Origin: Aquimonas sp.
Lineage (GTDB): Bacteria; Pseudomonadota; Gammaproteobacteria; Xanthomonadales; Xanthomonadaceae
Reading direction: 5' to 3'
Length of the DNA stretch: 64,000 nt
Assembly (NCBI GenBank): GCA_022241605.1
Contig: JAKOMQ010000020.1
Location: 9,242-73,241 of the forward strand
Notes under the pieces: generated by a model
What the model was told of the DNA's origin: nothing
What the model saw: only the letters and a program-made list of their open reading frames with translations
Databases searched by the model: none
Position numbers and translations under genes: made by a program
In this document: positions 23,801 through 31,200 of the stretch, piece by piece
Layout: every line of letters begins with the position of its first letter
Position numbering within the stretch: position 1 is the stretch's first letter

Positions 23801-25471
23801 CTGGTCAATGAGCCGGGCGCCACCGACCCCAATCCGGACGACAACAGCGACAGTTGGACGACCGATGTCCTGCGGGTGGCGGATGTTTCGGTGCAGAAGT
23901 CGAACGGCGTCGACAGCGTGGTGGCAGGCGAGGTCTACACCTGGGACATCCGCGTCGCCAATGCCGGCCCCAGCGACACGCCGCAGCTTCGCGTGCGTGA
24001 TCCGCTGCCGCTTGGCCTGCAGGCGGCCAGCTGGACCTGCAGCGCCAGCGGTGCTGCCAGCTGCGAGCCTGCCGGCAACGGCGGAATCGACCAGATCGTG
24101 TCCGTGCCTGCGGGCAGTGAGCTGCTGTTCCAGCTCAGCGGGCGGATCGATCCGGGCCTGACCGGCAGCTTCAGCAACACCGCGAGCGTGCAGGTGCAGC
24201 TGCCCGGCACCGACCCCGAGCCCGCCAATGACAGCGCCACCGACACCGATACGGTGCTGGTGCGCCACGATCTGGGTGTGAGCCTGATCGATCCGCTGGA
24301 TCCGTTTGATCCGGCCGGCAGCGTGCCCTTCCCCTACCTCGTGATCATCGAAAACATCGGCCCCTCGGACGCGCGTGCAGTCACGCTGCAGCTTCAGTTC
24401 TCGGCGCCGGTCAGCCAGCTGCAGGGCCTGCCCTGCGTGCCGGCCGGTCCGGCTGCCTTGAGCTGCGATCTTGAAACCCTGCGCGCTGGCTTTAATCGCG
24501 TGCTGGAGCTTTCCATGGCCGCCCTGCCGACGGCGCCGCGGGTGTTCACGGTGTCGGCGCTGGTGGCGGCCGGCGGGGGCGGCGAGGAGATCGATCCGGG
24601 CAACAACGTCGCCAGCGAGGATACCCAGCTGGTCAGCGGTGCCGATGTGCGGGTGTTCATTGACAACGGCGTCGACAACCTCGTGCCGGGCGACACGACC
24701 AACTACACGATCCGGGTCGAGAACATCGGTTCTCAGGCCACGCAGCAGGTGCGCGTGCTGGCGCCTGCCGCAGCCGGCCTGATCGATGTGGCCTGGACCT
24801 GCGTGGGCGTGGCCGGCGGCAGCTGTGCGCCGTCCGGCAGCGGTGGCATCGATCAGGTGATCGCACTGCAGCGCGGCCAGGGCGTGCGCTACACCCTTTC
24901 GGCCCGGCTCGACCCTGATGCCGACACCGCGCAGGTGAGCGTGCTGCAGACCGTGCAGGCCGTGCCGGAAGACGTCAGCGACATCAACCTGTCGAACAAC
25001 CAGGCCGAGGACGAGGACATCATCCGCTTCATCGTCTTCCGCGACGGCTTCGAGGCCCTGCTGCGTGGAGCGATGCAGTCCTGGGAGCCGCAGGCCGCGG
25101 CCTGTACCCGGCTGCGACTGGACGCAAGCACCTTGGGCCTGGAGGGCGCACCTGCTGCGGCGTCCACGCTGCGCCTGCTGCGCGGCGAGGCGGGGCCGGC
25201 GCGGATCAGCGTGGATCTGCTGTCTGCGCAGGGCCAGCGCTGGCTGCGGCTGGATGCGCCCGCGGCTGCGGTGGGCTGGTTGCCCTGGCCCAGTCGCTTC
25301 GCCGAGCTGGAGCTCGCGACGGCCGTGCTGGCGCTGCAGACCTCCGCCGGCCGACATGAGGCTGTGCTCGCCGCGCGTTCCGACTGGCGATGGTGGCTGG
25401 CGCCGGCGCTCGGGTCGATATCCGCCAATGACTGTGAGGGCGCCAAGCGCGCGTCCGGGGAGCTGCGATGA
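11840..25471 (+). CDS. Giant exported protein (~4,540 aa) with DUF11/Ig-like repeats and multiple lactonase-type beta-propellers
   Basis: Open from 11606; likely start GTG 11840 with a signal-peptide-like N-terminus ending AQA; repeated DL.V.K...PG...Y.I.V.N.GPS and DP...NN.ATD motifs; many LA.SPDGRH.YV blades. Confidence 0.88.
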   Translation: MTTTGFSAGRLGAAALFAAFMLVAAGPLKAQASFSTSTLTGPATYTPGAAADPDYILTVINSGTAAASPVVQVSFPPGVSFTWTCTASGAGSSCAAASGGAPFSPGTGPIGASGGSLVYRFEASYAANLTDPNRTVTATIDPAGANITRSVVSTRAARADLAATLSAQQASFSSPGTINYTATLSNAGPSDVIGANFSFTFAPAAGVNVTGWSCTSENGAVCPTAGGNLPSTLGLNAGGELRFAITATVTGAFSGSTLGATAAIAVPAGTTDPTPANNSATVGLNRSVDLALSYTAGTTGTYTPGLGLNGFDPQSLNLSLQNLGAVQATQVVVNLPLPAEVSSATLRCAVTAQCGSATANGGSTLSLSVGTLPGTQSRALVLELAYASGAQAPSLSLAASAVAAEADGNAANNSQTRVATLDRRARIGLEKSSNVSVIGPGENFEYAIVVRNFGPSDVGNLLDGSGNPAEAGILLDDVFPSGLVRSLAPGVCPPSVDNLPCWRACPSDQGVSGQYSGEICPVQPLAGTGNIQTLPFRLSAGSRSLVQVFARAAPSASGTLVNTAQARLEASTVTAVAPVNTGCAPEAPATACASDSLPVQASVDIGVSIPTPALTAVPGLEHSYQLNVENLSNLGSNNVRVLAALPLLVADGDAGFAPGSGRWFCEAFNGACCNTNSSVCGTAGPTPVVQADNLDRGVDLPPQASVRFTFIGRVDPRALGTLNMSVQAQPTGIADPNTANNSATDSSTVLNALGQLSIIKVLDNLEPVVEGSDEAPFKLSYRIEASNAGPSVVRGAQLRDLLISPLLDAGTASWSCEALPSTGATGCAVASGTGAPDVEVRLDPGGTVRLSLQVDTLDTAVGQVVNTAAIEAGTAGRAETTLVSGLSGEADLGVSLTDGQPSAVPGQRLQYTLEVQNRGRDDVFGARVIDRLPAELEDISWSCSATTPIPGDLAVQGSAAVPGARPDAVLMSLDGRHAYMALGAGNSVQALVRNAVPGQGFGNLTVIETETNGQNDPQDPGATVSGLINPIDLALSPDGRMLFVLAHRVQRDAGGAVVEATRALVSFNRVSTPGDPAFGRLSFAGSTTAGLPAFPRRLVASQGFVYVSGSAQDSGAGAQLTVYRRDAVSGLPAPLLVDPTTAAHLATLPPSPGAMALDLVNQRLLVGSAAGQGLALFAINTAEGTAPVNHLARLGSVLTGSAANQVGDIALRSSERQAYAIAGGSSQLSLLSYAGDTLTVSTPYTYAGLLPDETDPTLSNPLTGRGRLALAADGEHLFLASTDGASLLKLRRSLSNGTLSEGELLRDDPLASAPSRPLNRPVGIAISPDGRHVVLATNAALGNSPGTLEPPLWIYSRRAPDPLFAFLEVDRDPAPTGSGSLSLLSPSDVVVSPDGQHVYAVSLQDGTLTAFRRFPRRGPADEPLGGHLEFLARYVNGIGGIRGLERGSRLQISGDGRQLYVTSEDRNTLAVFNRDATPENTGTFGLLTQPAAGSGADPWLFTDGMAGVDGLLGAQGIAVSDDGLNVYVAGSFESAIALFSRPSASGPLVYRGVVRNGVNGVTGLSGIRDLVVVRGGSQLLGVSSIANAVVVFERNAGVQGAAQLRQLQSLALPGSPRLMALALPNTAGPGEGEHVYVAGQTNSTLYVLRRNTDPSGPNTGRLSLAAQYASTAPGLVALNGVRDLAVSSDGRRVYAASQFSHSVLVFDRELNLSSPAYGGLSLLEVRTDGLEGVDGVDSVYALAVSPDSRNVYAAGFGDRGIASFAIGSGSSCSAGGSGDIDDLINIARAGTLRYLIEATIRPGATGVLTNTATVGLPDRFRDPNMADNTATDLTTLTPSGDLSVSKTNNRVSVVGGETVRYEVVVRNAGPSHLRHAPPDVVTLTDILSPDFFDPGATTWTCSASGSGALDFVQGVGEDPLVPGGLGGVSGLVLVPDPDGIGPIPSYLASASVLDHEVRLWSRSGEDGRLSLVTRLRASVPDGEPNAPPVFPSLFGARSLAASADGRFLYVASRESDTVTVFELSHVGSQLSTTQVEVVSGFTGLDQALHLVLAPGDSHLYVAGANDGAIAVFERNSDTGRLNWVESQRDVDPLPVAGVPSLTGVEFLAVSPDGAHLYAVSGASARVVLFDRIPGTGGLSYRSSLGAADFGVSIDGASSLALSPDGRHAYLLASAGNRLLMLSRASDPVGPAFGQLTAIGSLQQGVGGVQGLSAPRRIVISGDGVHAYVTGQLGGSIAWFSRSPDSGALSFLGLRSDDTGGVDGIGGATGLVLDSDRNQLYVAGTLDRAIGLFERQADSLCPPSGSGDLVAVPIDVAAGGSVTFSIEARVRAGLAPGSTVPNIARVVAPQDPNPDNNEDSDIDPISVVADLAITKTDGLAEIDGLDGVRAVAGDSTRLYTAGASDKALGVFRRESNPAEASYGALRFAAVLRSGVGTVSGLSGVADVLVSSDGAHVYAVSPVENTVVAFRRVPAPQELLFLEAQQNGVLGVSGLAGARALALSPDGRHLYVAGEFANAIAVFRREHDPQATGYGRLSYLGLVQNAVGGVDGIGGVVALAVAPDGRHVYAVGQASSSIAVFARNPNPGSAGFGQLSYLTRYVNGQGGLLGLSQPVDIRVNATGTQVLVLAAGSGSLARFARTEGDGSLALLASAREGVEGAQGLVGSRRLRLAPDGVHAYVAGGDGIAHFDLTTSAAPGFLGRIRNADPAPLTGGQVLGLAGAADVFIAPEGDRLYAAGSVDDALGEFVRDPIAPPAEGSGVLAYRGSQFDGLGGVAPGDSVPYEIRVSNLGPSGVAQARVVDIFPPEFDEVVWECAGTNGGNCPVAGNGDLDVLVNLPAGAGVQFLAIGRVSKTATGRLVNTATVSAVGAVDSNPSNNSATDDDTVLSPAVDLVVDVDDGSEFATPGGPIEYAARVTNLGPSFARAVSVTDQVPPALHDVSWRCEPFPKAGELELLTPLYSGPLETYTGFATGSVGRFAYATGQFEGQGAVALFRRDPLTGRLFDPVLSGDARQVQVNGENGVRGIGDAADLALSPDRRFVYVAGRSSDSIALFARNADNGSLQFVTSFQDGELGVDGLGGVNRLLIDPSGRHLYASGAAENAIAVFAINPVTGALGLLGVLRQGQGGVDGLNGMTDLAFSADAAQLLVVSNVNQSLAAFSRNDVTGLLSPLALLQDFQLPRRALRDPRAVAVVGSQVLVAGGSDGVLARFTLEPAASPALRYVDSLDASTPGLEALLQPQALLFEPDQDRLYVGGAGRLFLLSLQEDTPAVLADYGPLPTLGSGLRLAISGDGRQLYSAAAGGAPLGVYSRARGSRCPLGGEGGIGRQSVDIATGGSVLFTVRGRVFANAQGLLEYRVEAQARTAGEELNPGDNIDTDIDQLRPAPDLSVLKQTLTPRVVAGLPIDYRIDVANAGVSDALQARVLDPLPLFPDTNAGLVPGVGEWTCAANPPLVQRSRLEVADSASLAGIGASVRSADGARLYAVNPGQNALLVFPLDLAGAPGTPEVLVDGSVLPGGTVGGLAGASRVALSADDRHVYVSAAGANGVLVLGFDAASGGHRFIQRVTSGSNGVAGLLGAADVLVSGDGRRVFVAGASANAIAVFSRDADTGALTFIERVADGLGTIVPDSNVIRGVRRLVLSDDGARLYAAATLSQAISRFDVGSDGRLTYRGRKRADEAGFGRLAGARALQLGPGGEQLYVLGSQGLSVLRPLAGGSFSLQAEFPWTQAAPVLPRALGIDAEGTRVHVLDSSGGIDVYARDWADGALEWRFRLAPVAPVDGTPEASLGTLADDGSLYLTLASGRLQQLGQRALSRCLEAQVAPDRIDTTLDLGVAGDALFELASRVHPSARGVLNNTASIAPGSGIDPDLDNNTSTTADVIEVESDLSVSKQGPDEAVAGLDLTYRIEVGNAGPSDALGMRVTDPLPAALSNARWTCVASAGSSCPASGVGPLDMPANLLVGGQLEIELTARVSPAYVGPLTNTVALVNEPGATDPNPDDNSDSWTTDVLRVADVSVQKSNGVDSVVAGEVYTWDIRVANAGPSDTPQLRVRDPLPLGLQAASWTCSASGAASCEPAGNGGIDQIVSVPAGSELLFQLSGRIDPGLTGSFSNTASVQVQLPGTDPEPANDSATDTDTVLVRHDLGVSLIDPLDPFDPAGSVPFPYLVIIENIGPSDARAVTLQLQFSAPVSQLQGLPCVPAGPAALSCDLETLRAGFNRVLELSMAALPTAPRVFTVSALVAAGGGGEEIDPGNNVASEDTQLVSGADVRVFIDNGVDNLVPGDTTNYTIRVENIGSQATQQVRVLAPAAAGLIDVAWTCVGVAGGSCAPSGSGGIDQVIALQRGQGVRYTLSARLDPDADTAQVSVLQTVQAVPEDVSDINLSNNQAEDEDIIRFIVFRDGFEALLRGAMQSWEPQAAACTRLRLDASTLGLEGAPAAASTLRLLRGEAGPARISVDLLSAQGQRWLRLDAPAAAVGWLPWPSRFAELELATAVLALQTSAGRHEAVLAARSDWRWWLAPALGSISANDCEGAKRASGELR

Positions 25472-26475
25472 AGTGGTTTGTACCCGCCGCCTGCCTGCTG
25501 GCCGGTGCCGTTGCCGGCTGGTTTGCAGCCGGCCTGAACCTCAAGCGCACGCCGTCCACGGATGCGTTGCCCAGCGAATGGGTGGCGCGCATCGACGGCG
25601 ACTACATCACCTCGGAGATGTTCATTGATGAAATGCGCCGCCGCGGTGGGCTGCGGCCGGGCCAATATCAGGACCTGGCCCAGAAGCGCGCGCTGCTGGA
25701 TGAGCTGCTGTTCCGGCGCGCCGTGATCCGGGCTGCTCGCGAAGCGGGGCTCGACCGTGAGCCCGACCTGGTGCGCGCCACCGAGCAGCTGCTGGTGAGC
25801 AGCTACCTCAGGCAGTCGCTGGGCGAGCTGCAGCAGAACGTGCAGATCAGCGACGCCGACGTGCGCGCGCATTACGAAGCCGAGGCCGAACGTTACGCGG
25901 TGGCGCCGCGGCGGCGGCTGGCAGCAATCCGAATCGAGCCCGAGCGCGACGCGGCCGGTGAGCTCGACTGGTCGGCTGCCGAAGCGCGCGCAGCCGGAGT
26001 GCTGGAGCAGGCGCGGACGCTGCCGGCGTCGATCCCGCATTTCGGTGCACTCGCACAGGAGCACTCCAGCGATCAAAACTCGCGGTGGCGCGGTGGTGTG
26101 ATTGGCTGGCTCGCGGAGCAGGCTGAACCTTTGGACGGCGCTGGGCTGGATGCCGCTGCGCTTGGCGCGGGCATGGCGATCGAGCAGACCGGTGGCTTTG
26201 CCGGCCCGCTGCGCGGTGCAGATGCCATCTGGCTGCTGCGGCTCGTTGATCGCGATGCCGGACGTGGGCGCAGCTTCGAGGAGCTGGCTGCCGGCATTCG
26301 CCAGGGCCTGCACCAGCAGCAGCTGGCGAAGATGGAGGCGGACCTGCGCCAGCGTCTACTTGATGATGTCGATCTGCAGATCCGCGAGCCGGTGCTGGCA
26401 GCGATCGATCCGCTCGGCCCACCCGCCGACACCCAGCCCCCGCAGCCGCCGGCTCTGCCCGGCGAGCGCAGCTGA
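25468..26475 (+). CDS. PpiC/SurA-like peptidyl-prolyl isomerase/chaperone
   Basis: N-terminal anchor, VARIDGDYIT, helical chaperone domain, FGALAQEHSSDQNSRWRGGVIGW rotamase motif; ATGA overlap with upstream gene. Confidence 0.85.
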   Translation: MKWFVPAACLLAGAVAGWFAAGLNLKRTPSTDALPSEWVARIDGDYITSEMFIDEMRRRGGLRPGQYQDLAQKRALLDELLFRRAVIRAAREAGLDREPDLVRATEQLLVSSYLRQSLGELQQNVQISDADVRAHYEAEAERYAVAPRRRLAAIRIEPERDAAGELDWSAAEARAAGVLEQARTLPASIPHFGALAQEHSSDQNSRWRGGVIGWLAEQAEPLDGAGLDAAALGAGMAIEQTGGFAGPLRGADAIWLLRLVDRDAGRGRSFEELAAGIRQGLHQQQLAKMEADLRQRLLDDVDLQIREPVLAAIDPLGPPADTQPPQPPALPGERS

Positions 26476-26495
26476 AACACAGCGAGACCGCGAAC

Positions 26496-28247
26496 ATGAT
26501 CCGACTTCACCGACTGCACTCCATGACCCTTCGCAGGTTCGCCCTGCTGGCCGTGCTGGCGCTGGCATGCGTGCCCGCTGTCGCCGCCGAGGTCCAGCAG
26601 ACCTTCCAGCTCCGCCCAGGCTGGAACGCCATCCACGTCGAGCTGGAGCCAAGCGAGAAGGACATCACACGAGTGTTCGCCGGTCTGCCGGTGGCCAGCG
26701 TCTGGCGTTACATCCCCAACGACGGCGGCGCGCGTTTCATCCGCGACCCTTCGGAAGGCCTGGACAACCTCGAGGGCTGGTTCAGCTGGTTCCCGGAGCC
26801 GCGGCCCGAGGCGTTCCTGAGCAATCTGTTCTCGATCAGCGCGAACACTTCATATCTGGTGCGGCTGGAAGGCACCGCACCTCGCGAGCTGAGCGTCCGC
26901 GGGCGCCCCAAACTGCTGCCGACTCGATGGCAGCCGAATTCCTTCACCCTGACCGGTTTGCCGGTTTCCGCCACGGCCGCGCCGACCTTCGCCGAGTATT
27001 TTTCTGTCTCGCCGGCTCATGTCGGCCAGCCGATCTACCGGCTCGATGCCAGCGGCCAGTGGCAGCGGGTGACCTCGCCAGCCACCACCCGCGTGGAGCC
27101 GGGCGTGGCCTACTGGATCCACACCCGCGGCAACTCCCGGTACCAGGGCCGTCTCGGCGTGGTGCTTGACCAGAGCGAAAGCCTGGAATACTCCGCTGGG
27201 CGCGACGAGATCCGGGTGGTGCTGCGCAATTTGTCCGGACTCCCCGGCAGCATCCAGGTCCGGCGCATCGCCGGCGACGGCCTGCCCTTGACCTATCTCA
27301 ACGAAGATCCGGAGACCGGCGAAACCGGCTGGCCAGACCTGCAGCAGAGCCTCGTGCTGGATGTGCAGCCCGGCGCCGAGGCGTTCCTCACCTTGGGCCT
27401 GCGCCGCTCGCAGTTCACCGCGGACCGCATGGACGAAGTCCTCGAGATCAGCGACGAACACGGCCAACGGATCTGGCTCGGAGCTGGCGGTAACACCACC
27501 CAGCCGCTGGACCTGCTGCGCCAGGCCAAGGGACCGAAGGCGGCCGCGGTCGGCTATGCGGGCCTGTGGGTGGGCGAGGTGGAGGTCAATGCCGTAAGCG
27601 AGGCGCAGCGCGCCGGCACCGATCCGCGTCCGGTAGTGAGGCCCTTCGAGCAGCGTGTGCTGATCCACGTTGATTCCGCCGGCCAGGCGCGCTTGCTGAA
27701 GGACGTGATCCAGATGTGGCAGGACGGCACCGCGCGCCCAAGCAGCATCGATCCCAACTTCAACGAGGTCGACATCCCGGGCCGCCACGTGCTGGTGACC
27801 AACCCCGCCCTGATCGGGCTCTATACCGGGCCGGTCAATCGTGACGGTACCCCTGTCGGACTGCGCTTCAGCACCGTGGCCTACGACTTCGCCGGCAACG
27901 AAGTCGAGCTTGATGGGGTGTTCGCGCCTGGCGGTGAGGTCAACGGCACCGTGGTGGTGGGCTCGAACCTGCCGACCAATCCGTTCCTGCACCGCTACCA
28001 CCCGGACCACGACAACCTTGACGCGCAGTTCCTGAACCCCGTGGCCGAGGCCTACCAGGTGGTTCGCAACCTGCGGTTCGAGTTCGCCGCGGAGGATCCC
28101 CTCGGCCGCAATCCGCCGGGCTGGGGAGACAGCATCGTCGGCGGTACGTTCTCCGAATCGATCACCGGCCTGCACAAGAACCCGATCTTCAGCGCCGGTC
28201 AGTTCCGCCTGCGCCGGGTCTCGGCCGTCCCGGTACTGAACCAGTGA
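26496..28247 (+). CDS. Secreted protein of unknown function with His-rich C-terminal motif
   Basis: Signal peptide (AVA-A), LRPGWNAI strand motif, beta-rich, TNPFLHRYHPDHDNLD; start may be ATG 26523. Confidence 0.85.
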   Translation: MIRLHRLHSMTLRRFALLAVLALACVPAVAAEVQQTFQLRPGWNAIHVELEPSEKDITRVFAGLPVASVWRYIPNDGGARFIRDPSEGLDNLEGWFSWFPEPRPEAFLSNLFSISANTSYLVRLEGTAPRELSVRGRPKLLPTRWQPNSFTLTGLPVSATAAPTFAEYFSVSPAHVGQPIYRLDASGQWQRVTSPATTRVEPGVAYWIHTRGNSRYQGRLGVVLDQSESLEYSAGRDEIRVVLRNLSGLPGSIQVRRIAGDGLPLTYLNEDPETGETGWPDLQQSLVLDVQPGAEAFLTLGLRRSQFTADRMDEVLEISDEHGQRIWLGAGGNTTQPLDLLRQAKGPKAAAVGYAGLWVGEVEVNAVSEAQRAGTDPRPVVRPFEQRVLIHVDSAGQARLLKDVIQMWQDGTARPSSIDPNFNEVDIPGRHVLVTNPALIGLYTGPVNRDGTPVGLRFSTVAYDFAGNEVELDGVFAPGGEVNGTVVVGSNLPTNPFLHRYHPDHDNLDAQFLNPVAEAYQVVRNLRFEFAAEDPLGRNPPGWGDSIVGGTFSESITGLHKNPIFSAGQFRLRRVSAVPVLNQ

Positions 28248-31200
28248 GCACGGTCATGCATGCAGCCATAGCGCAGGACGATACTTCGATGATGCTTCAG
28301 CCCCTTCGCGCCTTGAGGCGCCTGGCTGCCGGGCTGGCAGCCCTGGCGATGCTTGCGGCAGGCCAGGCCGGCGCAACTTGGCCGCAGTCGATTCCAAGCA
28401 CCGGCGAAAGCGCGGTGGTGGTCAGCAAGCCCGCGCTCAACGGTGACGTCATCATTGCCGGCCGCTTCTCGGGAAGCCTGGAGTACGGTGGTCAGACCAT
28501 CACCGCCGAGGGCTTGGACGACATCTTTGTCGCGCGCTTGAGTCCAGGCGGGCAGGTGGTCTGGCTGGCGCGCGCCGGCGGCCCTTCGCAGGACACGGTG
28601 GAGACGCTCGCACTGGACGTCGCCGGCAACGTGTTCATCGTCGGCAGCTTCCGCGGCACGGCCAGGTTCGGCTCCTCCTCGCGCACGGCCGTCGTCGGTA
28701 CCACCGACGGCTACATCGCCAAACTGAGCCCCTTGGGCGAATGGCAGTGGGTGCGCGATATCCGTGGCCCGGGCAATATTGTCGTCTCGGGCGTAGTGGC
28801 CTTGGCCGGCGACAACACCGTGGTGCCGCCCGTGCCTGAATCGGTCGCACTGGTCGGCACCTACAGCTGCAGCGCCAGCTTCGATTCGGGCTCAGCTCCT
28901 CCGACTACGATTGTCTTGAACGCAGCGGCGCCCGATCCCTGCCGCAGCGGCCGCACCGACCTGTTCATTGCCCGGGTGGAAACCACGGGCGATTGGAAGT
29001 GGGCAGTCAATCGCACGGGCACGCCTACCGGGCTGGATCGGGCCTCGCGCGTGCAGCTTGACCGCGACGGTCGGCTGGTGGTGCTGGGCGCAGGCGTTGG
29101 TGCGACCCTGAACAGCTCCCCGGTCACGACCTTCAATGGCAATCTCGGCGGCCTTCCGTCGGGTTGGAGTAGCACCGATGGCAGCCGCGGGCTGGTGACA
29201 CAGACCGCTGGCTCCGTGCCGAATTTGTTCGCCTTTTTCTTCCCCGCGTTCAACTACAGTTTCTTCACCGGAACAGATGCGCTGGCCCTACGCGGCGGCA
29301 ATGTGACGGTGACGTCGCCGACCTACAACACCACCGGCGCTCAGGTGGTCCGCGTCTCCTTGGACGTGCTGCGCGGGCTTCCGGGACTCGGCGGTACTTT
29401 CTACGAGCTGTGGCGCACCCAAGGTGTCGTAACCGACTCCACCGATGCCACCGGCGGTATGCAGCTGCAGTATCTGAACAGCGCTGGCGCCTGGCGCACG
29501 GTTGACACCTTCGCCGGTTCCGGTCCTGCGGGTGAGCGTTTTGTTCGCCGCGACGGCGCAGCCTATGCAATCAGCGATCCGCTCGCCGCCCATGCCGGCT
29601 TCCGGCTGCGCTTCCTGATGCCCAGTGGGCGCGGTGCTTTCAGCAGCTGGATCGACGGAATTGCCTACCGTGACTGGTGGCACATCGATGACGTCTCCGT
29701 TGCTGGCACTGGAGCCCCGCAGAATTTTGTCCTGTTGGTGAGCGACCTGCTGGCAGCCACTCCGCTGGTGTCCGCCCCCACCAACCTTCTGCAGGGCGTC
29801 GATGTACGGGATGCCGTGGTCGACCGCCAGGCCAATCGACTGGTTTTGGCCGGCCGCTACAACGGAGCTGCCGGCGTAGGCTCCTGCCAGACGCCTGCAG
29901 GCAGCGGCGCACTGTTCGCCTCCTACAGTCTCGACGGCATCTCGCCGACCTGCCGATGGGTGCGCACCGCGCCGAATGCGGCTGCGGAGGCCATTGCCGT
30001 CGACTCCCAAGGCCGAGTCTTCGCCACCGGCAGCTTCAGCGGGCAGGTCAAGTTCTTCAACCTGGACCCCCAGCCCGAGCCACCCGATCCCATGGGTGTC
30101 AACGTGCTCACCGCCACCGGCGGCAGCCGCGATCCGTTCGTGGCCGGGCTGGACCGTGACGGCGGATGGCAGTGGGTCACCGGCGGCAACCGCAACCAGC
30201 CGCCCGATTCCCGGCCCACCTTCGCGGGTGGCGCCGGCGATGACGCAGGCCTTGCGATCAGCGCCGGCGGCACCGGGGCGCTCTACGTGGGTGGCCGATT
30301 CCAGGCGATTGCGCGTTTCGGACCACAGGATCAGCTTGTCTCATTGGCGGGCAGCGATGGTTTCCTGGCCAACCTTGGCAGCGACGGGCGCTTCTTCGAG
30401 GAGGAACGCTGGCTCGCCGGCCAGCCCATCCCGGCGCCACCGGAGGCCAAGCGCGATAACGTGGCGTTCGTGCCGGAGTTCGCCATCGATGGCCAGCCCT
30501 TCGATGCCATCGGACAGCGGATTTTCCTTTGGACCCAGCCTGGCGGTAGTCGACTTGCCGAGCTGATTCCGCTGCAGCCGTTTGGACGCATCGAGGTGCG
30601 CTGGCGCGTGAATGGCCAGGACCTCACCTCCACCCAGCGGGTCAGCCGCCTGGGTGCGGTGGGCTGGCCCACCCGCAGCTGCGAGCCGGGTGAGGCCGAA
30701 GGCTGCTATCAGGATCACGTGGTTGGCGCGCCCGTCCAGGTCGAGCCAGCGGAAGGCACGTTCCGCGTGCTGGAGCTTGTCAGCCCTCAGGTGGGCTCCA
30801 GCGGCGCCACCTATGCGGCAGGACAGTTCAACGCGCCACGCACGGGATTTGCGGCTCTGGTCTATGTGGCAGGCCCCACGCTGGATCCGCAGCTCTACGC
30901 GACCGAAGTCGAGATCGTGCGCACCCAGCCGTACTTCGCCGTGCCGCTGTTCACCGACAACGTGCCGGCGGAGATCGGCAGGCCGATCATCGACAGCGGG
31001 CACGACGAGCCCGGCACCACCGGCTTCGTGGTCAACGAGCTGGCGTATTACGATGGATTCGGTGCCGACGCCGCCTACAACCGGGCAGGCCGCACCGGCG
31101 CCATCATTCCGGTCAACCGCTACAGCAGCCAGCGCCCGCAGGAGCAGAGTCGTGATTTGGCTGTGGCCTGGTACAAGCGCAAGGCGCGCGGGGTCTACTG

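Noticed and set aside
11792-25357. Long minus-strand ORFs (1205, 838, 894, 938 aa) within the giant gene, and similar ones opposite rnr, asnB, glyS, recQ and uvrA
   Set aside because: Antisense shadows of GC-biased real genes; no recognisable motifs
11840-25471. Calling the giant protein a 6-phosphogluconolactonase or an RTX adhesin
   Set aside because: Only the blade fold is lactonase-like; there are no GGxGxD repeats or T1SS genes, and a signal peptide is present
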